DNA from: Neoechinorhynchus agilis
Lineage: Eukaryota; Animalia; Acanthocephala
DNA: 64,000 nt
Reading direction: 5' to 3'
NCBI GenBank assembly: GCA_051530055.1
Contig: CM121343.1
Coordinates: 5,364,389 to 5,428,388, forward strand
Position numbers and translations under genes: made by a program. The notes beneath the pieces were generated by a model. It was not told the origin of the DNA, made no database searches, and was given only the letters and a program-made list of their open reading frames with translations. This document shows positions 51,277 through 63,566 of this stretch, in pieces. The first letter of the stretch is position 1. Every line of letters begins with the position of its first letter.

Positions 51277-51499
51277 CTAAAACGCAGGACTAACACGGTG
51301 TATTCCGAAACAAATTAATAAACAAAATCGATAATTTTATTCTGGTCAGTATCGAAACTAAAATTGCAGTATATCAAATCCTGTAAAATGTGCGTCCATC
51401 AATGCAAACACAAACAAAATCAGTAAAACTTAAAACATTATATCAAAGTTGCTTTTTCTAGTATCAGTATACTAAATAGTCCAATCTTAAACCACAAAT

Positions 51500-52525
51500 T
51501 TCGGTGCTGTGCGAACGAGTTGATGAATTATCTTCACACGAGGCTCTGTTTCTGACCAAGAACACCCTTTTTATTCCAAAATTGCTGTATAAGCTGCGCA
51601 CAACGCCCTTTTTTAGACATAAGGATAAGCTGGCAAAATTAGACGAGACGGTGAAAGCCTCTCTCGGGAAAATTTTAAATACTCAGCTATCGGACGAGAC
51701 CTGGGGTCAAGCGTCCTGGGTTTTCGAAAAGCAGCCTATATTTCTCTGCCAACTTATTTGGGATCGTATGAAGCAAGCCGCAAAATAGTTCAATCCGTTC
51801 TTGGTGAGAATTACACTGGTGTGGAGATTCAGGCAGCGAACAGGTACCCGTCAATGGTTGCAAAAAATCAGTTTTATTCTTATCACGTGGTGAACCGAAC
51901 TCGATTGACGGCACTCTCTATAAGAGAATCAGATGCTTGGCTCAACGCTCTCCCAATGGCTTCTGTGGGTACCCTTCTCTCCGACGACAAAGTAAGGATT
52001 GCAGTGTCCCTGAGACCTGAGGTACCGATGTGCACATCCGATCGCTGCCGTTGCGGAGCGACCGTAGAACCATCGGGACGCCATGGTCTCATCTGTCAGC
52101 AATCAGGAGGGAAGTAATCACGACACGCCGAAGTGAATGAAAAGAGCCGAGCAATCTTTGCCGACTCAATGGCCGTAGACCGGACGGTGTCACAGTATTC
52201 CCGTGGCGAGGAAAATGCCTTCTTTGGGATGCCACATCCGTGGACACGCTCGCAGCCAGCAACATAAAATTCGCCACTATTAAACCAGAGGGAGCAGCAA
52301 CCGCCGCTGAGGAACGCAAAAGGACAAAATACAGGGACCCAAGTCGAAATCATTGATTTGTTCCCTTTGGCGTCGAGACAATCGAGTCATTTGGTACCGC
52401 GGTGCAGGACCTGGTCAAGCAATTGTCAAAGCGATTGAGAAGAATCGCTGGCGAACATAGAACAGGAGCATTTCTCCTACAAAACATTCCGTCCTTTCGA
52501 CCGTTACACCAGGACGGCAGTTGAG
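51500..52525 (+). mobile_element. CRE-clade non-LTR retrotransposon fragment, frameshifted
   Basis: SHEALFL, SDAWLNALP, CRCG..HGLIC, and frame-shifted RPDG/WDAT/PFGVET equivalents. Confidence 0.85.
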
Positions 52526-54611
52526 TTATCCAGATCGGTGGTCTGAATGATTTCATGACATTTATGATCAAAAAGAAAACTTTGTTTGAAAAATTTTAAT
52601 TTTAGGTCGAAAATTAAATCGGCAAAAATATTTGGCTTTTAATTCGATATGATTGCGTAGAACTTTTTATAAAAAGAAACAATTATGGCCGACATAATTG
52701 GAAAAAATCGATTTTAATTATTACATTCAAATCAGTCTCCTTGCTCCCTCAGTCTTAACGAGGATGTCACCATGGACGTCGGGTGCAAGTCTCTAATCAA
52801 ATAAAAATCGATTCGGAAATTGCAAAACTGAATTTACTACTCTATCGGTATTTTGGAACAGTCAATCATTTCGTTGATTCCGGTAATCATTTCGACAAAA
52901 ATCATAGGCAAGAAAATGACGAAAGGAATTTCGCCCATGCTTCTAGATTTATATTTCTAACGATAAAAATGTTTAATTTTGAAATTTTTTGATAATTCCC
53001 ATTAATTTAAAACTTCGAACGTCCAAAGATCCGATGATTACGAAGGAACATCTTTATCCTTCAATGCCTCTAGAATGCATCCAGCATTCCCATTCTGAAT
53101 CGTTGATCTTCTGATAGCTGCGGCCAACCATTTTTTAACCTTGGTTCAATTTTTTGTGGTGCTTAAGCTATAATACTATTCTATTTTATATATATTGGAT
53201 AAGTGCATTTTATAAAAAACTTCAAGCCTAGTTTTGAAAAAGAAGCAAAACAATTTAATCTCATTTGACAATATTATTGACAAATATGGACTAAATGAAT
53301 ACCACCAAAAAACCGTCTAATGAACCTTAATAATCCAGTTGAACAAAAAGCACAATTTTATAAATAACGATAGCGTTGAGTTGTTTGCCATTGAGCGCTA
53401 GTCTAAATTTATGAACTTCAGCAATCTTCTTTGCTTAACAATTAGGGTCATCAATTTAACTTAAACGGCCTTCATGTAAAAAGCAATTTACAATTAATTT
53501 ATTCACTCTAAATTTCACTTTTAAAAAGTCAGGCAACCATGATAAATTCAACAAATAGACACTAACTTCGAAGTTGATCATTCAAACCATAAAAAAATAG
53601 CTTACATTTAAGTTACATGTTCCACTTTATGGGTTGATTTGGTTTAAAGGTTAAATCTCACGAGTATTCAATCAATATAAACGCTTATTTTCAGCGATTA
53701 AATTGAAGAACTTTCTTATCTAATGAATAAACCATTAATTTTATAGGAGTTCAAAGTGTACTATCTGATGCATAAAAGAAACGCTTAATTTAGTGGAATG
53801 AGGTAGGTAGCATTGAGCGCAAATAATGACGGTTTTTATATTTTCCGGAAAATTAAGCGGACTACCAGCAACCGATATTGAATTTTAACTTTACGATTCA
53901 ATGCCTATTATGTCGGCTAATTGCTAGATTAAATTAGGCTGTTATTTCGACAAATGAGCAACATCATAAAATCCTGACCGTTTTTTATTTTCCAGAAAAT
54001 TAGGCTTGATGTTAAGGGTACAAAAATCTGAACTAATCTGGCTTTTATATACGCCTGTTTCAATTTTTTTCAGATATAATTAACTTTACTAGCAGTTCTT
54101 TACATTACATTAGGTTCATTACATGTCATCCGGACGCTGGCAGCGTTCCCACGCTGGACCGCCAGACTCAAGTTTTGTCGCAAGAAAGTGATTGACTGCG
54201 GCTCTTTCGTCACACTCGCGATACGTCGCCCCAGTTCAATCACGAATTCCGCTGCGGCCTTTTCAATTGAATAAGCCAAGAAGCTTTGATGTAATAAAAA
54301 AATTTAATGCGGAATATTAACAAGCGGTACATCGTACCATTATTCTCACTTTGGCACATAATAGGCCTTTTTGGGGAATAGCGGTTGCAAGAACAAACGG
54401 AACAAATACGAAAATTTGTTAAAAAATAAACCAAGGCTTTTGAAACTGCGACAGTTTCAGCCACGATGAAAATTGTGCAATTTTGTAGTGTAAGATGGAA
54501 TCCCTTTTTGGGCACGCACTAAACTGTATGGGATCGATAATAGTCGATCACATACACACACCGTAAATCGCGTATTTAAATCGATGTCAATATAGAGCAA
54601 AACAGCAGTGA

Positions 54612-56199
54612 TCAGTTTTGTGATGAATTGACTGGTTCTACATAATTGTATGGAAAATGTCCTTGCCTTAAACCGATTGATCCCGTCCACCAAGATCCTA
54701 TTCGCTTTGTAACATTAATAAGCTGCCCTTTGGAGAAACTCAGGTCTCCTGTTACGTCTGAATTAAAATCGTACAAGGCTCTATAGGTTTCGCTACCGGT
54801 CGTTTCGTCCTGCATAACTTCATCGGATCGCTGAGTATAACAAACCGGAAAGAGCCCTAATCGATCGTTCAATCGACCTACAAGCCAATCCTGTTTGAAA
54901 CCTTGAGGATTGTCGGTCGAACTAGCAGTAATAACATCATTTCTTTTGAAACTCAAATCTGTGCTAAGTTCCGAATCGTAATCAAACATTGCAAGAAAAT
55001 TAAACTGCTTTTCCTTATCAGAAGAAGAAGGTGGAAGTGGTGCATTGTGCTTCTTTTTTGGAGAAGATTTCTGCAAGGACAGTTTCGGCGATAAAGAACG
55101 AGGATTGAGATTTACATCGAGCCATGAGGATACATCATCATCAAGATAAGAATCAAACGGGTCATCGGCGAGAAATTTGTAGCTGTCAGTTAAATCGGAT
55201 AAATTTGGGTATATGGCATTGTTTGGTGGAATTGTGAGCTGTTCGTTGGTGGTGACAGAATTAATATCTTTCATAATTGCGTTTTTGGGTCGAAGTTCGT
55301 TTAGAATTGATTTGATACTGTCATCGCAAGATCGCTGATTGATTAACTCGATCATTCTGTTCTCAATGTTTTGTACTTCTTCTTTTAAATTCTGTTCAAC
55401 CAAAACAGCTGAATTCGCGTCAGCCATATCGTTTGAATCGGCGACCTGATCAATCTCCGTCAATATCTGTTGGAGTTCAACTTTCATGTCAGCGACGTTT
55501 AGATCAACATCATTTTGCATCCGTATGAGTTGATCGTGTTTAGTATGAATTGCATCTTCTCGCTCTTTAATTAGCCATAGGTTCTCTTGTTAACCACACA
55601 GAGAATCCATGGTTCACCCCGATTTCATAATCAATTGCTTTCATTCTTGATTCTAATGAGCTGATTTCTTTTTGAAATGCGCTTACTCGCTCGTTCAGTT
55701 CGGTCACGGACGCCGACCCACTTGCTAAAGGTTTGTTACTCCCATCGAAACCAAATATCAAATAGGCAAACTTCTCAATTCGTTTTCGATTATCGCCATC
55801 AATTATTGATGGCGTTTGCGTTGGTTGTATATCTTGAAGTGAACCGTTAAAATTAGGACGTGAAGATTGAGCTCGATGCTTCGGAGGTAGTATAAAGCCA
55901 GATTTGACGAGTTCAGCAAAATACATGGCATTCGCGAACTCACTTCGGCTTAGCCGCCCATCTTGATCTTCATCGGCATATTCCCAAATAGTCGCTAATG
56001 AAGCAGCGGATAATTTAGTCAAATTGGTTAATACATGACGAGCTCGAGTTCCAGCTAAATATCGGGAATCACTCGAATCAACAAATCCGTCAAATAAACG
56101 CTCGTACTCTATCCGTTTGATTGCGCTAAGCCTCGTAGATGGACGGAGAATGTCTGAATCGGGTAGTAATGCATGCGATGACGTAGAATAATTTCTCAT
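54612..56199 (-). CDS. Minimal intersectin-like adaptor (EH + coiled coil + 2 SH3)
   Basis: EH domain YERLF...LATIWEYADEDQDGRLSRSEFANAM; SH3 motifs AMFDY..DLSF..DW..GLFP and ALYDF..DLSF..WW..GHFPYNYV. A 34-nt intron lies at 55584-55617. Confidence 0.8.
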
Positions 56200-56349
56200 T
56201 TACCAATAAACCGTGTACTCTGCAAATGAATTTTTGCCTTAAATCTTCGATAAAGCCTAACCCAAACCACACAGTCACCCCATCGAAACGATGCAAGTCG
56301 CGAGAAGCGTAACCAAGACTACAACAGCATTCCTTTAAAATATTAAAAC

Positions 56350-57330
56350 CGCCGGATTTGCCTTTATGTGTCTTCCGTAGCTTGAATTCACCAATCACGA
56401 GCAAAAGGGAAGCAATCTGCTCAGAACGCGGAATGCAACAGGGTGACCCCCTCTGACCAATAGGCTTCTCCATTGCAATCAATCCATTGGTGAGGTCATT
56501 AAAATCGAACTTCAACGCGTGGTACCTGGACGACGGCACCCTGGGAAGCGACCCTCTCTCTATTCTGGTTGATCTTAACCGCATCATCGAGATCAGCTCC
56601 AAGATGGGCCTCGAGTTGAACAGCTCAAAGTGTGAATTGCTATTCCTGAACATAGACGAAACAGAAAGCTCGCAGGTACACGAGCAATTCAAAAATGTCA
56701 ATCCGAGTATCAAACGAATCAATATTTGCGACTTCAGTCTCCTGGGTTCATGCGTTTCCAAGGAGAATGTTCCAAAGGACGTAACAAATATCTTTGAGGC
56801 CCTGAGTTTACTGTGTGAGAGATGTTCAGAGTTAAAGTCTCACGAAGCCGAGATCTGCACCCGCCTTCGCGTGCAAGAATGATCTATCGAGTTTGGATGA
56901 TCTTCTTCGGAATAAGCTTAGCCAAATCGTCAATATCGATTTCGACGGTTCCCCGTGGGAACAAGTGACGTTACCCTCTAACTACGGAGGTTCAGGACTC
57001 ATGGAGGACGTCGCATTGCCGGCCTCTCTTTCTTAGATTTCGGCTAGTCGAGAGAACTCGCTTGAGGTCTATCCGGAGTCCAACGAATAGCATTTTAATA
57101 ATGCTCTCTCCTCATGGACCTTTAAAGTAGGACAAGCCACAATACCCCAGAAGTGCAAAAAGCAGTCATCGTGGGACTTACTGATCGTGCAGAAGGTTCA
57201 CAAATCACTTCTGGACCAACTGGACAAGAGGTCAGGTTCGCGACCCATGGCTTGATCTACGAAGGAGTCCGCCGCCGGGCTAGAAGCTATCCCGGCCGAA
57301 AAGTTGGGTACTCTTTTGGACAACGAAACA
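56350..57330 (+). mobile_element. CRE-clade non-LTR retrotransposon RT-core fragment, degraded
   Basis: GMQQGDPL, AWYLDDGTLG, LGLELNSSKCE, LLGSCV, SHEA. Confidence 0.85.
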
Positions 57331-57393
57331 TTCCGAATTGCTTTCTCTTTGAGATTGGGTGCCTTTGTAAATAACACACTTCAAATCATATAG

Positions 57394-58550
57394 CCCCCGA
57401 CCGGAAATTCTCACCCGAACGAACTTCCTCCTACCGGATATTCCAACCCGAACGGAATTCCCCCGATCGGATATTCCAACTAGAAGAGACATACGCCGAC
57501 CGGATATTTCCACCCGAACGGAATTCCTCCGATCGGATATTTCCACCCGAACGGACATCTTTCCGGCCAAACAGTCCAGCCCGAACGGACATCCCCCGAC
57601 CGGATATTCCCACCCGAACGGATTTCCTCCGATCTTTTATTCCCACCCGAACGGAATTCCTCCGATCGGATATTCCCACCCGAACGGACATCTTTCCGAC
57701 CAAGCAGTCCAGCCCGAACGGACATCCCCCGACTGGATATTCCCACCCGAACGGAATTACCCCGACCGGATATTCCCACCCGAACGGAATTCCCCCGACC
57801 GGATATTCCCACCCGAACGGAATTCCTCCGATCGGATATTCCCACCCGAACGGACATCTTTCCGACCAAACAGTCCAGCCCGAACGGACATACCCCGACC
57901 GGATATTCCCACCCGAACGGAATTCCTCCGATCTTTTATTTCCACCCGAACGGAATTCCTCCGATCGGATATTCCCACCCGAACGGAATTCCTCCGATCG
58001 GATATTCCCACCCGAACGGAATTCCTCCGATCGGATATTCCCACCCGAATGGACATCTTTCCGACCAAACAGTCCAGCCCGAACGGACATACCCCGACCG
58101 GATATTCCCACCCGAACGGAATTCCTCCGATCTTTTATTTCCACCCGAACGGAATTCCTCCGATCGGATATTCCCACCCGAACGGACATCTTTCCGACCA
58201 AGCAGTCCAGTCCGAACGAACATCCCCCGACCGGATATTCCCACCCGAACGGAATTCCCCCGACCGGATATTCCCACCCGAACGGACATCTTTCCAACCA
58301 AACAGTCCAGCCCGAACGGACATCTTTCCGACCAAACAGTCCAGCCCGAACGGACATCCCCCGACCGGATATTCCCACTCGAACGGAATTCCTCCGATCT
58401 TTTATTTCCACCCGAACGGACATCCCCCCGACCGTATATTCCCACCCGAACGGAATTCCCCCGACCGGATATTCCCACCCGAACGGAAATCTTTCCGACC
58501 AAACAGTCCAGCCCGAACGGAATTCCTCCGATCGGATATTCAAACCCAAA
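57394..58550 (+). repeat. GC-rich minisatellite, ~33-bp units (about 35 copies) with variant half-units
   Basis: Unit: CCCGAACGGA(ATT/CAT)C.. followed by one of CCGATCGGATATTCCCA, CCGACCGGATATTCCCA, CCGATCTTTTATTTCCA or CCGACCAAACAGTCCAG. Confidence 0.95.
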
Positions 58551-59049
58551 CGGTACAATGAACGTTTTTGGATTGGACAAAATACCGACGTGCTGCTCAG
58601 AGTCGTCTTTAAATATCTGTAATCAAAAGTGGGTTTGAACGCATACGCTAGCTGTAGAAATGAACTCTCTCTCTTGTGATACGCGTAGATCTGCGGTTCC
58701 AAAGTTGTTTGCTATCTAACTTTTGACATGGATAAATTCGTCATTAAGTCGAAGCTTTCAAATTTTTTTAATTATAGACGCTATTCGAATTCCTAATAAG
58801 CAATCAATTTTTAAGGTACTATTCGCCTGGTGCATCGGGAGTTTTTAATGTGTCAACAGAAATGAAGATATGAACATTCAAAAATTTATGTAATGGTGGT
58901 GAACATAATTCCGGTTAAAGAAGGATTTTCTTGATATGATTCAAACATTTCAGAAGTTTGCCCGCGTTCAAAACTTCTAAAGAGATTAAATGTGGCTTTA
59001 TTTTCATACAGTACTTATCTGAGAAATCAATACATTTGTGGTCAAGGTA

Positions 59050-62000
59050 CCAATAACTCAGCGTAAACATTGTTTACTTATCTACGCATGTCACTGATAG
59101 AAACAATACATGGCTATTGATTGGGACACATTTCATTTTGTACCATCCGTAGCATGCATTTTCAGCTACTAGCAGTTTCAAACTTTTGTTGAGCTTATAA
59201 TCTGATATCAACTTTGATATTGTATGATAAGATGCGTTTTCGACGTTTATACCATTTACCTCGATTATCCGGTCGTTTTGGCGCAATCCCGCTTTCATGG
59301 CCATTGAATTCTTTTCCACTGATGATATGACATTTGGTGCGATTTGTTGTATAGAAAATCCAATGCTCTTACGGGTTGTGCGGATTTGAAATACAGCGAG
59401 TCTTGGAATATATTGAGTAAAACATTGAGAAGGAGGTTGCTCATAATCAAAAATATTTAAATCTTCACCTTTTAGAACTCCACCTTTACGTTTGTAGTAT
59501 GCATAAGCAAGTTCAGTCAGCACAAGGACTTGCATCCGGCGGCGCGGTAAACAATGGCGCATGTAAACTTCAGGCCATTGGGGACCGTGCTGTTGAACAC
59601 TGATTCTATCAAACGCAAGGATCATGTCGTTCACTGCTATACCCGATCGATGAGCTGGTGAATCCGGGATAACCATATAAGCTTGTGTTTTTTAATACAC
59701 CAATGAATTCTTTACTATAATTTTTATTCTTTTATAATTGTTGTAAATACTTAAATTGTAGAGTAGTAAAGGTCAAGAACCTTTTCTATATTCAAATTTC
59801 AACGTTTAACATTTCCCTCAATGGCCTCTTCATTGCAAATTTTCAAGGCCTCAGCCTCCTTCTCAAGCATTGCTTGTAAGTTTTTAAATATTCGATTTAA
59901 AAACTAACAAGCAATGCTTGAGAAGGAGGCTGAGGCCTTGAAAATTCGCAATGAAGAGTTTAATAAAACTCGAGTGGGAGAACAATTCGCCATTGAGAAT
60001 ACACATCTACTCGAAGGAACAATTGGATAGAATTTAAAATTTCTTAATTTACCTTATTTTAGCTAATGGTAGTATTAAGAATGACAAGCATAAACGACAG
60101 GACAATCTGCGCTCGGAGCAGGACGTACTCTGAAACCCCAATCAGTAGATTCGCCTTGTAGACGTAATGTACAACGTCGAGGAACAGGTTCAATGGGATC
60201 TGTGGCAGCGAAAGTACGGTCTTGTGGTTTCTCAAGGCGATTTTTTTCCACATTGTTTACAGCGGATAGATCCGGAGTTGATGAAAATTTTGGTACATTT
60301 TTTATATACCGACTTCTTTTTACAATTAAACTGACCACAGGATCATTAGTTGAAAATTTTTTGAGTAGTGAAGATACAAATTGATTGGTATGATATTGTT
60401 GAATCGGAATATCGTTGATTTGTATAAGAACATCATTTTCGCGAAGACCAGCCTTCCATGCTGGCGAATCAGCGATTACGTTATCGATTAAGAATAATCC
60501 GCATTCGTATCGTTTCACACTCATACCCAAATCGATTGAATATTTGCCTAGATAGACATCATAATGATAAGTATTGGCAAACTCTACAAATGATGCTTTT
60601 CTCTCCTCTTGTTCTTTTCCATCTCCATTATCATTATCATCATTTTCGATGCCATGTTGAACCGTAGATACATCAATCATTGATTTCGATTTATTGTTAA
60701 CAGATTGATCTTTTAAAGTAGATTGTATGTTAACTGTCTTGAATCGATCATACGAAAAGTTTGAATCGACCGTATGCTCAACCAATACTCCAATAGTGTC
60801 GCTATCGCTTTTAAGATATGCTTTTATCTGACACTTATCCAATCCCCGTAGATCGATTCCATTAATTGAAATCAATTTGTCACCTACCACAATTCCAGAT
60901 TTTGCAAGTCTACTTTCTTTATTAATGCGAGTAAAATAAGAATACGAAGAAGCGCTGTCTGAAATGCAGTCGAAGTCGAATGAATCAGCTTCGGTTTGCG
61001 GTATCGTAATTTTTCGTGGAATCAAACCCAATGATGGTTGCGTATTGAAAGGTGTTACAGTATTAGCGATGAAAGTTTTGTTGGCGGAGGATAATACCAT
61101 TGTTAGTCGATTTTCTCGGTACTTTTTATTAATGAGATCCACAACGGAACCATTATCCAATTTACTTACGTCAACATTTGTCACTTGAACGATTCGGTCT
61201 CCTATTTTAGCAGTTCTCCAACTTAAGGTACCACCTCGTTACAGATCTGCAAACTGATGCCAACATCAACGTTTTCAGCCAAAGATCCTGGACTCACACT
61301 TTTTATCCAATGAATAAATCGGTTATCTTTTTGACTAGTTTCAACTTCGATACCGCACGTATGTTCGTTTTCTTCACTAAAACTTTTTCTCTCGTCGTTT
61401 TTGAATTTTGATGAACCGTAGCTTAAAAACCTCTTGGTTGTAATGGGAAATTTTTGTTTAACGGCCCTATAATTAGGCTCATTTGCAACAACGAGCACTA
61501 ATTGTTCGCAATCTAAATGATGCAATAAAATCCGCAATTCCGCATTAGAGTAGCACTCAGTATTTACCCCATTGATTTCCAAAATCCGATCGTCTATGCG
61601 CAGACCTACAAGACTTAGAGCATATCCATCGACGACTTGACTAACAACGTGCTGATTGTCGTAAGTTGTATAGAAATCAAATCCGAATTGAGTGGCGAAC
61701 TCATTTGGCTCACTTTCAGTCAATGGTTCGATGATTTGCGGAACCTGTTCACGATAACTCGTATATCCTTTGATGATTAAAGATGCCGTGGGTCTTGTCG
61801 GTTTGGACATTGATTGAGTAGTGACGAGAAGTGTCAGCAATCCATGAGCGGATTTATCCTTCATCGCAGCTTTAATTTTGTCGACCACAAATGCATGAGT
61901 ACGCGCTTCAACGTTGATACCATCGATTTCAACCAATCGATCACCTGGTCTCAAACCAGCAATAAACGCATTTGAATTAGCTTCAACGCTTTCTATAACA

Positions 62001-62900
62001 TGTTCGCCATTACTAAGATAACCAAGACTAAATCCATAAGATACAGAACTGTCTTGCGGTAGGATAAGTTTACACAGCCTTTCGCCTCTCAGTTTTCGAT
62101 TCATGCGCTGTTTTGTCGTCAAAATAGTCAAATCAAATTTCTTTATTCGTTCCGCTGAGCCCACTGTCTTTAATATATTCTCGCCGTTTATCTCAACACC
62201 ATTGAGACAAACTACAATATCACCTGCATGCAAGCCAGCATACCAGCCAGCATAATTTGTCTTGACACTAACAATAAAAACCTTTTCTGAATCTCGTTCG
62301 CAGTCAAACAAAACGCCAATGTCATCTATATTAACAAATTGCACTCTTCTTCTTATATTGCCGTTAACATTTAGACTTGTGTCAGCTGTAGATGTCTGAG
62401 GAAAAGGATGTTGTAGCGGGAAAACTGCGCAGCCGTTTCGATTCGTGCAAAGGTTAACGTCTTCTACTTGAAATTCTGGAGAGTTTCTCTCGTTAATTTT
62501 CTGAAAAGAAGTTCCACATGATATCAATGCCGATGGTTCATGCTCGTCATGGCAAGTGGAGCTCGTTGGTACGTATTGTAGAAACTAGTGATTGTGCATT
62601 ATGAAAGCCGCAATCACTACCTTCCACCTTTAAGAAGAAAGTAGTAATACCAACGATTCGTCTATCTTATGATCGCTGATTGTATTCAATACATTCACAT
62701 ACGAGCATTGGCTTACGTCTTGGTCGCCTACTTTTAGAACTCGATCACCAGCCCGTACACCGGCATTATAGGCAGCTCCATCGACGTCTACATGACAAAC
62801 TGTGAATGGAGGACCGGATTGGTCAATCAGGAGACCGTATGTAAGATCCTTCGTAGATCTATTTTTGATTGAACACCTTTTTAGAGCTAGCATTTCGCTT
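59050..62900 (-). CDS. Multi-PDZ scaffold (about nine NHERF/PDZK1-type PDZ domains); termini approximate
   Basis: Repeated GF/GL...V..GS.A..AGL..(G/N/D)D.I..(I/V)NG motifs across ORFs 62630-63085, 61223-62527, 60075-61184 and 59074-59676, joined by GT-AG introns. Confidence 0.85.
59816..60013. mobile_element. Palindromic element 3 (same family as 20985-21170) in an intron of the PDZ gene, with hammerhead-like motifs on both arms
   Basis: The arms meet at the loop ATTCG (59890-59894). The right arm reads GCAATGC-TTGAGAA-G-GAGGC-TGAG-GCCTT-GAAA-ATTC-GCAATG (59911-59953). Confidence 0.8.
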
Positions 62901-63566
62901 TCTCTCTCTTCTATTATCAAAAGAGAGCTTTGTACAAACACGGGAACCGCTTGACCGTTTCTTATGCAAGATAGGAGCACCGTCGACGTTCCATCAGGAG
63001 AAGGTGTTATGAAGTCTACCTTCCTGCAAACATAGTCTGTCTCTGTATCGTGCTGCACTAAGATCACCGCCAGCACATTACACACATTCTGTCAAGACAA
63101 AACTGATCCCTTTCTTCAATATACAGTAGTCGCAGGAGGAGAACGCACATATCGTTTTGAGGGCAATGCTGAGTCTTTGGATCCTACCTACATTTTTGTC
63201 CTATCGTATCAAACACGTCCAGAGATCACCATTAATTTTTTAAAGCTTTATACAATCAAACTTCGCGAAAGTTGACCAGCTCACTTAGTCCATTTCAAAA
63301 TTTTCGTCTATAAAACGATAAAATCTCGTTTCAAGATTAATAATCCACCATTTTTTCTCTCTGTGTGTGTGCGTGGTAACTATTTTATTTTTCCAGCAGA
63401 AAAGAAACCTTATAACAGCCTTTGATCTCCTCTTTATCGAATTTCTAATGCCAACCATAGCTTTTTGCCATCAAAATTCCATTCTCAAAAAGAAATACTT
63501 GAGGATGCTTTTCTTTATCGCAAAGATCTAAAAGGCTACTCACGTTGATGAAATTAGATTATTCTT

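Noticed and set aside
53040-53160. Minus-strand IQNGNAGCILEA resembling an RLE-LINE C-terminus
   Set aside because: Too short and degenerate to call as a sixth CRE copy.
57394-58550. CRISPR-like array
   Set aside because: There are no unique spacers (only four recurring variant halves), no cas genes, and the context is eukaryotic.
57280-58702. Long ORFs in several frames over the minisatellite
   Set aside because: The repeat unit lacks stop codons, so the translations are periodic with no domain signal.
62565-62635. Stop codons between PDZ ORFs suggesting a non-canonical insert
   Set aside because: A 66-nt GT-AG intron yields a plausible last beta strand (ESLFLQYVP).
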